64,000 nucleotides of DNA from Octopus vulgaris (Eukaryota), in NCBI GenBank assembly GCA_951406725.2, contig OX597830.1, positions 79,670,001-79,734,000 of the forward strand. Direction: 5' to 3'. A program made the position numbers and the translations under genes. Below the pieces are notes generated by a model that was given only the letters and a program-made list of their open reading frames with translations, did not search any database and had not been told where the DNA came from. Shown one piece after another: positions 1-14,924 of the stretch (positions are counted from its first letter, which is position 1; every line of letters starts with the position of its first letter).

Positions 1-99
1 ATACATAGAAATATAGAAGAAATATAAAAATTTATATAAAAATACTTATGAAATTACATATAAATAAATTTACATGTAACGAGTTATACGTGATAAATA

Positions 100-790
100 T
101 AGGAGGTGCAAAGTGGATGAGAGATTGGTACATTCTGTAAGGATCAGATATCGAGATATGTAGGTATTTAGCGTGTCTTTCGATATGATGAAGAAAGTTT
201 ATCTGGAAATGTCTGTCTACTTACATATCAAAACATATCGATGCCAAAGGCGCTTGAATTAGTGTTTCTGTTGTTTCAGGCTAGAGAAAAGAGGAAAAAC
301 AATGTTAATTGTTGAAAGAAACGTTTGGGTTAGTATTTCTAGGTATAGAAAATAAATTTTAAGTAAAATATATGTTTGAAGGAGGAGGTATATAAGTAAC
401 AGTAGTAAGCAAGAGGCAAAGAATAACCACATCTAAAAGTCTAACAACTACACACGGATATAGACACAGAAAAATCCATTTACAGAAAAAATATAAACAG
501 TTTTATTTTCAATTTAGTTTTAGAGATTTCAACATGGTTAGCATCATTGAATTCAAATGAAGATCTGAAATCGTATTTACAACTATTTTATTTTTATGAA
601 GTTCAGTATTTATGATATCAGTGCAGATCCTATTAATGTCTTACTAATTTAGGCATAATTAAATAAAATCTTTAGGAAAATAATATCCTCAGATGCAATA
701 TGAAACACAATTTATATATGTATACATAAATTATAAAGTTCACATCCTGAAATCATCAAAAGACTCCCAAGAGACTAAAATTCAAAGAAG
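100..790. repeat. Old segmental duplication, paralogous to ~22780-23755
   Basis: Colinear shared motifs: aaggatcagatat, tgtctacttac, gaaggaggaggtatataagtaacagtagt, aagaataaccacatctaaaa, aatatgaaacaca, cacatcc-gaaatcatcaaaa. Confidence 0.85.
225..280 (-). CDS. Candidate 56-nt internal exon (phase 0 to 2), PETTETLIQAPLASICFD; host gene unidentified
   Basis: On the minus strand, the acceptor gtttttcctcttttctctAG precedes it and the donor GTAAGTAG follows it. Only frame 0 is open. Both splice sites are conserved in the paralogous block at 22898-22950. Confidence 0.6.
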
Positions 791-823
791 AAAAACGGTA
801 AAGACATTAAATAGCTTTAAACG

Positions 824-964
824 TTGATTGATTGATTGATTGATTGATTCTAGTTTCAGCTTATGAGCTGTGGCCATGCTGGGGCACCGCCATTTGGTGT
901 TGCTACTTGGTTTCACTTCATGGAGGCTTTCTAGCAACTGCTATTTGGTGCATGAGAGAGTTCG
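824..964 (-). mobile_element. Short 3' end of a CR1-like LINE with a (CAAT)n tail
   Basis: Near-identical to 4534-4670; carries ggcggtgccccagcatggccacagc on the minus strand and a (TTGA)n tract. Confidence 0.8.
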
Positions 965-1312
965 TTATAGAAAGATTTTTTAAAAAATTATGATGAACAT
1001 ATAAATATCATTTAATGTAAGTTTATTTAAGCGTGTACATATTAATTCTACATTTTCCCAATTGAAAAACGGACATATATTGATACAATATTTTACATGA
1101 AATTTGTACAACTTTTGCAAGGATTGTGCAATCTTAACAGGAACTAACTTCTTATATTTCTCAATTCACCCATGATTGCAGGTGTCTTGCACAAATACTA
1201 TTCGCATATGAACGCTTCCTCGCTACACTAAGGCATTAGTTCTTGTGACAAAAGCATCTATATTCTCAGAAGATAACATAGGCATCAACAATGCAAACCT
1301 GGCTGAAGAACA

Positions 1313-1940
<628 letters not shown>

Positions 1941-4490
1941 GGAATGACATCACTTGAACAGAGACAGACAGAGTCCTTGTTGGCTCTCACACGCAAGTTT
2001 TTCATGGAACAAGCAGTGCTTCGGCCAACAAGAGGTGAGAATGTCTTGGACCTCTGTTTCACAAGCAACCCGATGCTCATCCACAACATAATGGTAACAC
2101 CAACAATTCTCTCAGATCACAACTTAGTAGAGGTAATGATATATGGTATGAGAGAGTTAGTTGAGACGCAGCCATTAGAAAATACCACAGGCCTATCCAG
2201 TCTAAACTTCCATAAGGCAAACTGGAAGAAGATAAACGAAGAGATCCGAAAACATGACTGGAGTGACTTCATCACTACACAAGACACCAACACACATTTC
2301 CAACATTTCATGACAACAATACAGATCATATGCCATAAGTTTGTCCCGGAGAAAAAAGCCAGCGGGCATAGGAACGTTATTCCCAGAGACAGGAAAATAC
2401 TTATGAGGCGAAGAGCTAAGCTCTCGAAGCAACTGAATGCACGGCAGAGAAACAATGAGGGACTCCACCTGAAACTTTTTGAAACGGAAACTGCACTCAA
2501 ACTTTCCTATGAGAAGGAGAGGGCAGAGAGAGAAGCCAGGGCCATAGAGAATATTAAAACAAACCCTAAAGCCTTCTTTAAATTTGCGAAAGAAACCACC
2601 TCGGTACACTGCAAGATTGGCCCACTCTTTGATAAAAAGGGCTCTCTAACTGAGGACCCCCAAGGGATAAGTGAAATACTAAAGGAACAGTATAAAAGTG
2701 TGTTCACATCCCCTCTGGGGCACATGCAAATCACAAACCCAGAAGTTTTCTTTGATGCCACAACACTCCAAAACCAAACAACAACCATCGACCACATAGA
2801 CATAACAGAGAGGGATGTAATATCTGCCATAGAAGAAATGAGAATAAACTCAGCTGCTGGACCAGATGGATTCCCAGCAGTCCTCCTAAAAGCATGCAGG
2901 CATGCCCTAGCGGGACCACTGAAGAAGCTCTTCGGTGGTTTCTTGGCTAACGGTAAACTGCCCAGGGCGCTAAAAGAAGGCACCATATGCCCTATCCACA
3001 AAGGAGAGAGTAGAGCAGAGGCCAAAAACTACAGGCCAGTCTCCCTGACGTCACACATAAGTAAGGTCATGGAACGAATCATCAGAAAAAAACTGATCAC
3101 GTTCCTCGAAGAAACTAACCGTCTCACTGACACACAGCATGGCTTTCGCCCAGGAAGAAGCTGCCTTACGCAGCTGTTACAACACTACGACTGGGTACTG
3201 AAACAACTACTGGATCGCTCACAGGTGGATGTGGTATATCTCGACTTTGCGAAGGCCTTTGACAAAGTCGACCACGGAGTGATATGTCACAAATTACTCA
3301 GACTCGGCATAACAGGAACAGTAGGTGAGTGGATACATGACTTCCTGAAGGACAGAAGCCAGATGGTTGCAGCCAATGGAGTCCTCTCGGGAAAGACACC
3401 AATAGCAAGCGGGGTGCCACAGGGCACAGTCTTGGGACCCTTGCTGTTTTTGGTGGCGCTCTCTGACATGCCCTTGGTAGCACAAACAACATCCCTCACT
3501 AGCTATGCTGATGACACAAAGGTAGCACAGGCAATCAAAAACCCAGCTGATGCTGACCTTTTACAACAAGATCTGGATGCCATATACAAATGGGCTGAAG
3601 ACAACAACATGCAATTTAATGCTGGTAAATTTCAAGCCTTACAATATCAAGCTGTAAACACATATACATTACAACACAACTATACTGGTCCAGGAGGGAT
3701 CGAAATCCCAGTATCGAAATCAATACGGGACCTGGGGATAGACATGAGTGACGATGCATCTTTTTCTTCACACATCGCGAAGGTGGCGACAATGTGCAGA
3801 CGACTCACTGGCTGGATCCTGAGGACATTCCGGACAAGAGACTGCGAGACCATGTTGACACTATGGAGGACATTTGTCCTAAGCCGCCTGGACTACTGCT
3901 CCCAACTGTGGTCACCGCATAGTGTCAAACTGACCACAGAGCTTGAGACAATCCAAAGACATTTCACCAAGAGGATTTCCACCATGAAAGAAAAGAACTA
4001 TTGGGAGAGGCTTAGGGAACTCAATTTGTACTCCTTGGAACGAAGACGAGAGAGATATGCAGTGATATACATATGGAAAATCCTGGAGGGACTAGCACCA
4101 AATTTTGGAATTGAGAGCTGTTCCAATCCCCGTACAGGACGTCACTGTGTGGTGCCAAAGGTCCCGTCTTCCACATCCAGGGTAAGGAGCAGATACTGTA
4201 ATAGTCTGGGGTTCAGGGGCCCTCAGCTGTTCAACAAACTGCCAAGAAAACTAAGAGATCTACATGATGCGGATGTGGACATTTTCAAAAACATCTAGAC
4301 AAGCTGCTTTCCGGGATCCCAGATGAACCCACTGCAAGGTACGAAGGTAACCTAAGGGCAGCAGCTACAAACTCTCTCTTAGATCAGTGGCCAGCCACGG
4401 CAAACTGGACTTAGAGAGGGTAGCAACAAGGGCGGTGCCCCAGCATGGCCTCAGCCGGATGGCTGAAACAAGTAAAAGAGTAAAAGAGTA
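1941..4490 (+). mobile_element. 5'-truncated CR1-clade LINE with a (GTAAAAGA)n tail, flanked by (TA)n on both sides
   Basis: ORF2 homology, a 3' stem-loop tail (ggcggtgccccagcatggcc) and a terminal octamer repeat at 4472-4490. Confidence 0.9.
1944..4298 (+). CDS. CR1-like ORF2: end of APE endonuclease plus reverse transcriptase; frameshift near the C-terminus
   Basis: Motifs [75 protein letters not shown]. The homologous [12 protein letters not shown] continues in another frame after ~4290. Confidence 0.92.
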   Translation: MTSLEQRQTESLLALTRKFFMEQAVLRPTRGENVLDLCFTSNPMLIHNIMVTPTILSDHNLVEVMIYGMRELVETQPLENTTGLSSLNFHKANWKKINEEIRKHDWSDFITTQDTNTHFQHFMTTIQIICHKFVPEKKASGHRNVIPRDRKILMRRRAKLSKQLNARQRNNEGLHLKLFETETALKLSYEKERAEREARAIENIKTNPKAFFKFAKETTSVHCKIGPLFDKKGSLTEDPQGISEILKEQYKSVFTSPLGHMQITNPEVFFDATTLQNQTTTIDHIDITERDVISAIEEMRINSAAGPDGFPAVLLKACRHALAGPLKKLFGGFLANGKLPRALKEGTICPIHKGESRAEAKNYRPVSLTSHISKVMERIIRKKLITFLEETNRLTDTQHGFRPGRSCLTQLLQHYDWVLKQLLDRSQVDVVYLDFAKAFDKVDHGVICHKLLRLGITGTVGEWIHDFLKDRSQMVAANGVLSGKTPIASGVPQGTVLGPLLFLVALSDMPLVAQTTSLTSYADDTKVAQAIKNPADADLLQQDLDAIYKWAEDNNMQFNAGKFQALQYQAVNTYTLQHNYTGPGGIEIPVSKSIRDLGIDMSDDASFSSHIAKVATMCRRLTGWILRTFRTRDCETMLTLWRTFVLSRLDYCSQLWSPHSVKLTTELETIQRHFTKRISTMKEKNYWERLRELNLYSLERRRERYAVIYIWKILEGLAPNFGIESCSNPRTGRHCVVPKVPSSTSRVRSRYCNSLGFRGPQLFNKLPRKLRDLHDADVDIFKNI

Positions 4491-4500
4491 TATACATATA

Positions 4501-6000
<1,500 letters not shown>

Positions 6001-6369
6001 AACGGGAAGCTTTATGAAAATAAACAAAAGACGAAGGCAGGTGGAAAACAAACGAACAATTGTATTAGTATGGCGCTCAGGAAATATAAATAAAACAAGT
6101 CTTTAACGTTTCGAGCCTACGCTCTTCAACAGAAAGATACACAGAGAGAGAAAAACACAGAAAGAAGGAGAGAAAAAAATGCGTGCAGTAGCTAACGAAT
6201 CAACATGGCGATCTGATTTCGGCCAGAGGTCAAAGATCAAACATGAGACGCGAGAGCGAAATAAGGGGAGATAATAGGGTTGATAAAAGGGTTGAGGGAC
6301 CAGCTAAAAGTGCGTAGGAGGGGTCTGGATGTGTGTATGTATAGGGTTGGTGTATGTATTAGTATGTAT

Positions 6370-6406
<37 letters not shown>

Positions 6407-7368
6407 AGAGAGTATTAGTGCGTAAGATTGGTCTGGACGTGCGTATGTATGGGTTGGTGTATGTATTAGTATGTATTAGTATGTATTAGTACGTATTGGT
6501 ATGTATAGGTGTGTGTGTGTGTGTGAGAGAGAGTATAAGTGCGTATGCGGGGTCTGGACGTGTGTATGTATAGGGTTGGTGTAAGTATTAGTATGTACTA
6601 GTATGTATTAGTACGTATTAGTATGTATTAGTTGGTGTGTGTATTAGTATGGCACATCATATGTGATGTGATGTGTAAAGTCATGTGGTGTAGTGAGGAG
6701 AAGAGGCGGAGGGGGAGAAGAGGGGGAGGGGAGAAGAGGGGGAGAGAAGGGGAGGGGAAGAAGAGGGGAGGGGAAGGGGAAGAGGAGAGGATGGGGGAGA
6801 AGGAAGGGGAGGAGGGGGATGAAGGAGGAAAGAGGGAGAGGGGGAGAGAGGGAGTGAGGGAGCAGAGGGAAGGGGAAGAGGGAGGGAGAAAGAGGGAAGA
6901 AGGGAAGGGGAGTAGGGGTGAAAGGATGAAGGACTGAAGAAGTAGGGGTCGGGGGGAGAAAGGATAGGTGAGGAGGGGGAGAGGGGGTTAGATAAGGAGG
7001 GGGAGAGGGGGTTAGATGAGGAGGGGGAGAGTTGAGACCAAATGGCGTATAAGAGCGAAGAGAGAAGATTAATTCCTGTTCACGGGGCAAACGGGAATCC
7101 GGATGGCCTCTGTGTAAGGACAAACCGAACACAGATAGGTGTTGCAAGGAGTGACCGGTGGAGCGGAAATGGCGTGAGACCGGTGTGTCGTTCGCAAGGT
7201 GGATGTCACGAAGGTGTTCCGCGAACCGGTCAGCCAAGCGGCGTCCCGTTTGTCCGATGTACAAGGAATTGCAGAGAGAGCAAGAGATGCAATAGATAAT
7301 ATTGCTGGAGGTGCAGGTGAAGGAGTGGATGATGGGATAGGGTCGATGGTGGGTGCTAGTGAGGCGGA
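6001..7368 (-). mobile_element. 3' part of a Penelope-like element (GIY-YIG endonuclease, low-complexity 3' region, pLTR with hammerhead motif), inserted in (TA)n
   Basis: 7368 to 7030 reads [36 protein letters not shown]...PVSRHF...[17 protein letters not shown]. The terminal ~220 bp recurs at ~22040-22220. Confidence 0.88.
6100..6137 (-). ncRNA. Minimal type I hammerhead-like motif (A6U core variant)
   Basis: tcttt CTGTTGA a gagc-gtag-gctc GAAA cgT t aaaga. A sister copy at 22132-22167 also has U6 (CTGTAGA). Confidence 0.5.
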
Positions 7369-7680
<312 letters not shown>

Positions 7681-7839
7681 TTATTATTATTATTATTATT
7701 TCTTACGAAATATATAGAACTGCTTAAGAAGTATTCGGGTCGAACCCAAGACAAAAGATAGGAATTTTAAAATATCTCAAATTCGGCAATCAACTTGGTT
7801 TTACATAGGAATACATAGTTATAAATTCTATTTAAAATG

Positions 7840-7938
<99 letters not shown>

Positions 7939-7954
7939 AGAGGGAGAGAGAGAG

Positions 7955-8420
7955 AGAGACCTTGCTGCATGTAATCAAGCCCTAAGCATAGCACTCGTGG
8001 AAACTCATCTCAGCCCTAAAATAGAGGATGCAGAAGTACACGTACCAAAATATATCATGCTGCGAACAGACAGAAGGGAAAGGAACCATAGAGTTTCTGT
8101 AAACATCCGTAATGACCTCAAACCCAATGTCTTACTGTCATATTCAAATTCAGTATGTGCCATTCTAGTTGTATACATAAAGCAACACAATACAGTCATA
8201 TGCAATACATATTGCCCAACGGAGGCTCCAAACCACATAGGCAAGTGTGAAGATTGCCTCACAAGAATTAATGAAATCCTCATGCAACTGGAACGCCACG
8301 TGAACATATTTCTTATGCGTGATTTCAACTTCACCAATGTCAAATGGCCCGAAGGCCTCATGCTCTCAGTAATGACTCATTGAAAACAAGCACAGGTGAA
8401 GTCCCTGCTCAACCGCTTAT
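7955..8420 (+). mobile_element. Decayed CR1-like APE endonuclease fragment
   Basis: IALVETHL...YIMLRTDRR...MRDFNFTNVKW resemble the TETWL / R-DR / GDFN motifs. Confidence 0.75.
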
Positions 8421-8424
8421 TTTT

Positions 8425-10320
8425 ATCTCAAGTTGTCACTGCACTACCGAGCATAGCTCTGAGCACCTTGGGTATGTGCTGCGGTTTGTTGTGGTCCTCT
8501 TATTTTCATATTTGTGCTATTTTCTATGTTTATATTTACTTGTAAGTCCTTGTATTTTTCTTATGCATTTTTCTGAATACTTTTTATCATACCTACTGTG
8601 ATAGGAATTATTTGTTTCTGTTTTTAGATTCCACATTCGTGTTACCTCTACTTCCAGATTCTTGCATTTTGATAGTTTCTCTATTTATTTTAGAAAAACT
8701 TTGTCATCTGTTGGTATTGATATATCAAGTAGAAAGCATTTTTTATTGATGATCTCTAGCAACTATACCCGACCTGATAGCCTTAATTTCTCTACCTGTG
8801 TGTATTGACGAAGATTTGGTCTTGTGTTGAAAATAAAAATCCTTTAGTCTCTACTCTGAGTCCTGAGCTTCTCAGCCATTGTTGGGATTTTGCTTTGTTT
8901 ATTTTGCGTTTAGTTTAACCCAATATTTGCCATGAAGGGGCTTTCCTTGCCATCATGTTATCATGATCCGTTGCTGTTCCAGTTTTAGTTTGGATTTCAG
9001 TTATTTTACATCGTTTGTTTTTTTTTTCTTTTTCCTCATACCTGTTAGATACTACAACTCTTTTTGGTTTTCATCGTTTTTTGTGGCTATTTGTAATAGT
9101 TTTCCTTGCGTCTGAAGTAGGTACTTCTGTAGTCCTAGGTGGTTATTTTGTAAAGGTTTTCTAGCTGTATAAGGCATCTACCACCTTCCATACGTTGTAT
9201 ACAAAACACTTTAACGTCAGATCTTGGGTGGTGCATCCTAAATTCTGTCACTATTTTTCTTCTTTTCCAGTCTATTTTGATTAGTTCATTTAGCGTCCAG
9301 TTAAGAATATTGTCTCGGTAACTGTGACGGCGACTGTTGATACCTTATTATCTTGTTTTTTGCATTGAGCTCTGTTTTCAGTATTAATCTAACTCGTCTA
9401 TAGCTTTTTTTTCTTATCTTCTCTTTCGTTTTTGTTTGTTGTATCTTACCCTGGCCATAATTAGACCCTTCTTCTTTCTGCAACTGTTTTCGGTTATGGC
9501 TTTAGTGATAAGTAGCTGATCTTTACAGCCCTTGCAGCATCCCTTCTGCTCTTCTGGAAGCAAAGGCTATTTTCTTCGATACGCTTACCCATTCGCTGTG
9601 ATATTATTGAAGTAAAGGCTTTGTAAGATGCAGAGAGACAAGTATTCTTTTTGTAATTTCGTGGGTTTGCCGTTTCAGAGGATTTGGGAATTAGGATAGT
9701 TTTCCCTTCCGTGAGCCATTCAGTCATTGTCTCTGGCTTTGCTAGTATTTCATTAAATTTCTCAGCCAGCCTTTTGTTTTCTTGGCAGGTATTTTAACCA
9801 GGACTTAAGGATCTTGTGCCCAGGTGCCTTCCAGTTGCGTAGGTTTTTCAGTGCCTGGGTGACCTCTTCAGTTGTTATAGGGTCCAGAGTCGTTCAGGTG
9901 CTGTTTTTGTTATTTTAAAAGACATTTTCTGAGGTAGTTCCATCGACGACCATATTTCTTTCCCAAATTCTTCCATTTCTGCTGGTGGTGCTGCATTGAT
10001 CTCTAAGTTATTTTTGCCAAGTTCTTGGTAGAATCTTTTGGGGTTAGAGTTGAATTCTTTCTTTTGTTCAGAGAAATGTTGACGGCTTCAGCTGTTCTTT
10101 TAACTCAGGCCTACCTTGTTCTGCAATTTTGTATTTATTGAGTATTTTTCTTGTTTTCTTGTTAATTAGTAGTGTTGATTGTCTATTACTTTCATTAAGG
10201 ATTGACAGATTATTTCTCTTATTTTCATCAAATATGCAGCGACGAATTTGGTCTTCATTTTTTTGTGCAGTATATTGTCCAGCTCCAGGATCCCAAATTA
10301 CTTGTACCCATCATCATCCG
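8425..10320 (-). mobile_element. Decayed R4/Dong-clade non-LTR retrotransposon (RT plus restriction-like endonuclease)
   Basis: WLTEGKTILIPK...NPRNY..TCLS, CKDQLLI, YRRVRLILKTELNAKNKI, HHPRSDV, and DISIP-like RLE residues; many frameshifts. Confidence 0.8.
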
Positions 10321-11184
10321 GGTATTTCATTCTCTCTCCGTTTGGCCCTCCTATAGTCCTACAATTTACTCTTTCCCTCGCTTCAAAATAAGCACCGAAA
10401 ACTTCGAGATACCTACTTCCGTCCCTATATCCATGTTGCACATTTGCACAGCCTCAACACCAGCCCCTCCTTTTCAGACTCTGCTGTTTGCGAAAAGTTT
10501 TAAATCAGCCATGAAGAGGTGTTTGAGACGAGGTCCATTCTTTCTCAGTTTATAGTGCCCATTGATTTTGCATAGGACTACAGAAAGTTTTCAAATCAGT
10601 ATTCTACATATTCTTGATGCGTAAAACAATTTCTGTATTGATTCTTAAATATGGTAAGTGTGATCGACCTAAGAGACAGAAAGTTGAAACAGCAAGAAAC
10701 CACAAGCTAGCAGCGTATTTAAATTTTCAGGAAATGTATGTGAACTAATATGAGTTTGGAGAGTGAGATGGGGTGGGCACCCACAGTGACTTAGTATTAT
10801 AAATAATGACAAGAAGGAAAGCATTGGTATAAAGAAGGAGTTAGAGTCATCAAAAGACTGATAGAAAAGGATGTCAGTAGAATTCTCTGACGAAATTAGA
10901 GAGGAGGCGAGGAACAAGACAAGAGTAACATCGGATCACAAAGGCGCAGTAGGGTTATAGATAAGGAGTAATTAAGTGCATCATATTTTAACCACTAGGA
11001 ACCAGACGTGACTTGAGATGCGTCATTGGGGAGGCTGGTTGGTGGAGCGTCAACCTGTAATGTGCGGTCAAACAAATGATTTATCTATCCACCTAAGGAA
11101 ATATACACGTGTATATAAGCATATAGGCACGAACACATACATACACAAACCCCAAAAAAAGCCCATAATCCCGAACAATATGTA

Positions 11185-11242
<58 letters not shown>

Positions 11243-11245
<3 letters not shown>

Positions 11246-11395
11246 CAAAACAGTTTGATTCAAATTCGTTGAGATTTAAGCGCGATGCAAGTCGTTATCC
11301 ATTTTGAATTTGAACACAAATTCAAAATGGCTGACGACTAGCATCGCGTTTGAAACTCAAAAGTACCAACGAATTTGAATCAAACTGTTCTGATT
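11243..11395. repeat. Fold-back palindrome, MITE-like
   Basis: aatcaaaacagtttgattcaaattcgttg...caacgaatttgaatcaaactgttctgatt, with inner arms ccattttgaatttg/caaattcaaaatgg. Confidence 0.75.
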
Positions 11396-11430
11396 GATAT
11401 ATGTAACTCCTTTTGTTTGTCCACTCACTC

Positions 11431-11488
<58 letters not shown>

Positions 11489-12086
11489 AAACATGCTGCT
11501 GAAGACGTTTATACCGATAGAACACCCGGTAAATTTTCTTCATGTAAGTTGAACTAATTCCTTTTATGTTTTTTCCCTGCAAAAAACAGTCCTCTTTTTA
11601 CGAAACGTTGAAATTCCGATATTATAACATTTCTCTATCGCCCCCGCACCCACTTATAGTGATAATTGTATTTCTCTCTCACTCTCTCTCTTTCTCTCTC
11701 TCAGTGATATTTTTGTTGCTTGTTTATTTCTCCTAAATCATAGCAACACATTTGTCCATCGTCCCTTGTTGGCGATGCACCCATCCAACACAGCTGCTGA
11801 GTGATATCCGACAGACTGGACAGGGCCACACAGAAGGCCTCTATGACTATGGGAACATGATTTAGTTCAAAAATTGGGGTCAAAATGGACAAGAATCATG
11901 CAATCAAGAAAGAGCTCACTGTGACCAGTCCGTAGTGAAATACAGCAGCATTTAATAATCTGGTCGATACAGTGGTATACTGTATCCCCCTTCTCCCCAT
12001 TATGAGCATCAACATCATCGTCAAAGTCATCCTGTTCCGGGCTGGAATTGTGCTCCTGTGTGCTTTAGCATGTTTAATACATAGAG

Positions 12087-12230
12087 AATACTAAACGAGT
12101 TCCCAATGGATACCGTATTTATTACAACGAGTGGCTTGTAAACGTATCTAACGAGCGAAAGCAAGTTAGATACGTTTACAAGCCACGAGTTGTAATAAAT
12201 ACGGTATCCATAGGGAATGAGTTTGGTATT
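12087..12230. repeat. 144-nt imperfect hairpin with tandem GA mismatches and a GCGAAAGC apex
   Basis: Arms at 12087-12156 and 12161-12230; loop GAAA. Confidence 0.9.
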
Positions 12231-12830
12231 TTATTTATTACACACGAATAAACAACCATATTTTATTAATCTAATAATTAAATTCTTCACATCATGTTGA
12301 AGCGCGCATGAATACAGCTTGATTTCACGTCAGTGACGTCACAATGTGTAACTGTAAAAGATGTCATGCCGCAGGAAGATAGTCCGACTTTATTGCGCTA
12401 AGTTTTCAGGTGAAATGACTGATAACTGATGACTATTTAACATTTTGTTAACATTCAAGTTCACGTTCAAGAAATACATAACACAGATTGAATCTTCAAT
12501 AACTTTAATAATACTCAAGCATGTTTTCGAGTAGCAATGTCAGTCAGAGTAGAGCACAATAGTCCAGGAAAACTTTACAGTCCTCATTATCTGTGAGACG
12601 AGGTCGCTTTGCATCTGAACCAAAGAAGTTCACATTGATTGTTCCCCCAAATATTGGAGCCGAGAAAATGGAGTGCAATGAACCAAAGCAAGTGACAGCG
12701 TTCCGAGATTGACTCGACGTAATGTTGACGGTGAAGGGGAGTTCACTTACACTCGCTGCTGCTGTGTGTGACGGAGGTACAAGCGAACCAGGCTGGTCGT
12801 TGTTGCTACTACCATAATACCCTTCTAATG
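12087..12830 (-). mobile_element. Possible 3' end of a Crypton/DUF3504-like DNA element
   Basis: An open minus-strand frame ends ...GSLHSIFSAPIFGGTINVNFFGSDAKRPRLTDNED..., resembling C-terminal tails of DUF3504-type ORFs, followed by a subterminal hairpin. The recombinase domain itself is not present. Confidence 0.4.
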
Positions 12831-13682
12831 CTTAACACCTTTCAACATAATCTGGGTGTAATTTTCATTCCATCAGCACAAGTGGGGTTACCATGTTTCT
12901 TACAAGATTATAAACACCAAGGTGGAGCAAGTTTAAGAGAGGAGAAGGAGTAGAAAGGAGTAAAGTATGAGAGAAAAGGGTCGGAGCAGCAGGAGTTTGC
13001 TGTTATAAAGGAGTAAGATGACCTTTCGTATTTTAGAAGAGAGGATGGAGGTGATCAGGTGGAGCAGGAGAGTTAAAAAAAGATAGGTGTGATAAGGTGT
13101 CAGGGTGAACATTGACGGTACGACGTGGGTAGGATGAGTGGGGAGTAGGGGATATCTTTTAATGCAGAACCACAGAAAAGAAATGGTGATATTGTAAAAA
13201 GGAGAAGGAAGAGTGAGAGAGATGACACGCTGTTGGGTAGGTTGGAGGAGTGGATGGGGGAGAGAAAGAGGAATGCACAGTGTATGGGAAAAGGGAGTGG
13301 TGTAGTGGTGGGTGAGGGGAGATAAATTGGAGGTACGGAAGGGTTGGGGAAGGGGCGAGGATTGAAAGTATGGGTGGAGAGAACAGTAATGAAGGATGAA
13401 GGGTGGATAAATTGTGAAATGATTCTGGGTAGAAAAACAGTGGTATGAAAAAAAAACTGGTGTTAGGGAGGTGATAGGTGGTGGTGAGTGTCTTGAAAAG
13501 GAGGGAAATTGGGTGAAGCATCCAGTTGTGCATATCGCCAGTCATCTTGATACCATGTAATCTCCTCCATGTTGTCCAAGATTCTGAGATCAACATTCAG
13601 TCTCTTCCATGAAACCGAAAGTCCTGTGATCGGTGAAACACACACACGCGCACACTCATACACACACACACACACACACACA

Positions 13683-13740
<58 letters not shown>

Positions 13741-14099
13741 TGTGTGCATATGTGATTGTGTGTATTATGTATGTATATATATATATGTATATATATATAT
13801 ATACACATACATACATACGTCCCCTTTGACTGGCCACTGGTACTTATAGTGTCAAATACTTTCGGTATGCAAATTAGAGATCCTTACATAGAGTAACTGC
13901 AGCATTTATTGAGTATAGAAACAGTTTGGCTGCTTGTTTCTCTGGAGACTGTCAGAATGATGTGGATATCTCTCATGAGAACGCAACAAGGGTTGAAAAT
14001 CAATTAAGGTTGTTCATTATCTTTTTTTTCAATCTGTGGAGAAATGCCTAAAATTTGCCCTGTTTATAATTATACCATATGTTATATATATATACATAT

Positions 14100-14286
14100 A
14101 TATGACCGCGTATGTACCGTTGGAGATTTTTTTCCCTCCGTCTTCCCTTCTTTGGATCTTTCCATTTCCTATGGTTTTGACGAAGAGCTCCGCCCGAAAC
14201 GTTAAACCCTCCTTCTTTCCTGGGCGTCCAATAATACTCTACATGTTCCACGTCCTCGCGTTGTTGTGTTTTATGTTTGTTTTCAT
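14100..14286 (+). mobile_element. Solo PLE pLTR-like fragment with a decayed hammerhead (14173-14208), between (TA)n tracts
   Basis: ggttt TGACGA a gagc-tcc-gccc GAAA cgT t aaacc. Confidence 0.55.
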
Positions 14287-14875
14287 GTATATATATACAT
14301 ACATACATATATAAATCTTTATATATAGATAGATAGATACATACATACATACATACATACACATATACATACATATATACATACATATATACATACATAC
14401 ATACATACATTCATACATAAATATATATATATATGGGGAATTTAAAAACTGGTTTTACTGGTTTGACATATAATACGATGATTCTTTCCATCTCTAATAA
14501 TATGATATATAGAAGCTGTTTTTTCTAATATTATTAAAATGAAAACCACATCACTGACTGCAACGATATAACAAAATGGAAGCCTGCAATAAATATATAG
14601 AATTTAGTAGCTGGATCTACCAAAAAGACATAAAATAGAGTTCTACCTACTGCAAAAATTGCAGATAGCTCTACCAGTCTGAAGAATAATAGCTTGGTCT
14701 ACCAGTATAAATGATAGCAACCAGTCGTATCAATGTGAGAAAATATATGAAATTATTCATAAACAGAATATACAGCGTTCATTTTAAGCAAATCCTTTGA
14801 TGAAATTCTCAAGAAATAATCCATCACAATTCAGAACTAATTCAAGTATATTTTAAGATTAAAAAAAAAGCTTAC

Positions 14876-14924
14876 TTGTTTGGGTTTCTGACCAGATACC
14901 TCAGCCATTTCTTGAAGTTCTAGT
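14876..14924 (-). CDS. Candidate 49-nt internal exon (phase 2 to 0), LELQEMAEVSGQKPKQ
   Basis: Acceptor tttattgattttgcAG, donor CAA|GTAAGC. Phases are compatible with the exon at 22898-22950 upstream and 225-280 downstream. Confidence 0.6.

Noticed and set aside
6632-6937. G/E/R-rich ORF
   Set aside because: Purine-rich low-complexity 3' region of the minus-strand PLE.
12870-13640. Purine-rich stretch that might be another PLE 3' region
   Set aside because: No recognisable GIY-YIG or complete hammerhead; cannot be classified by eye.
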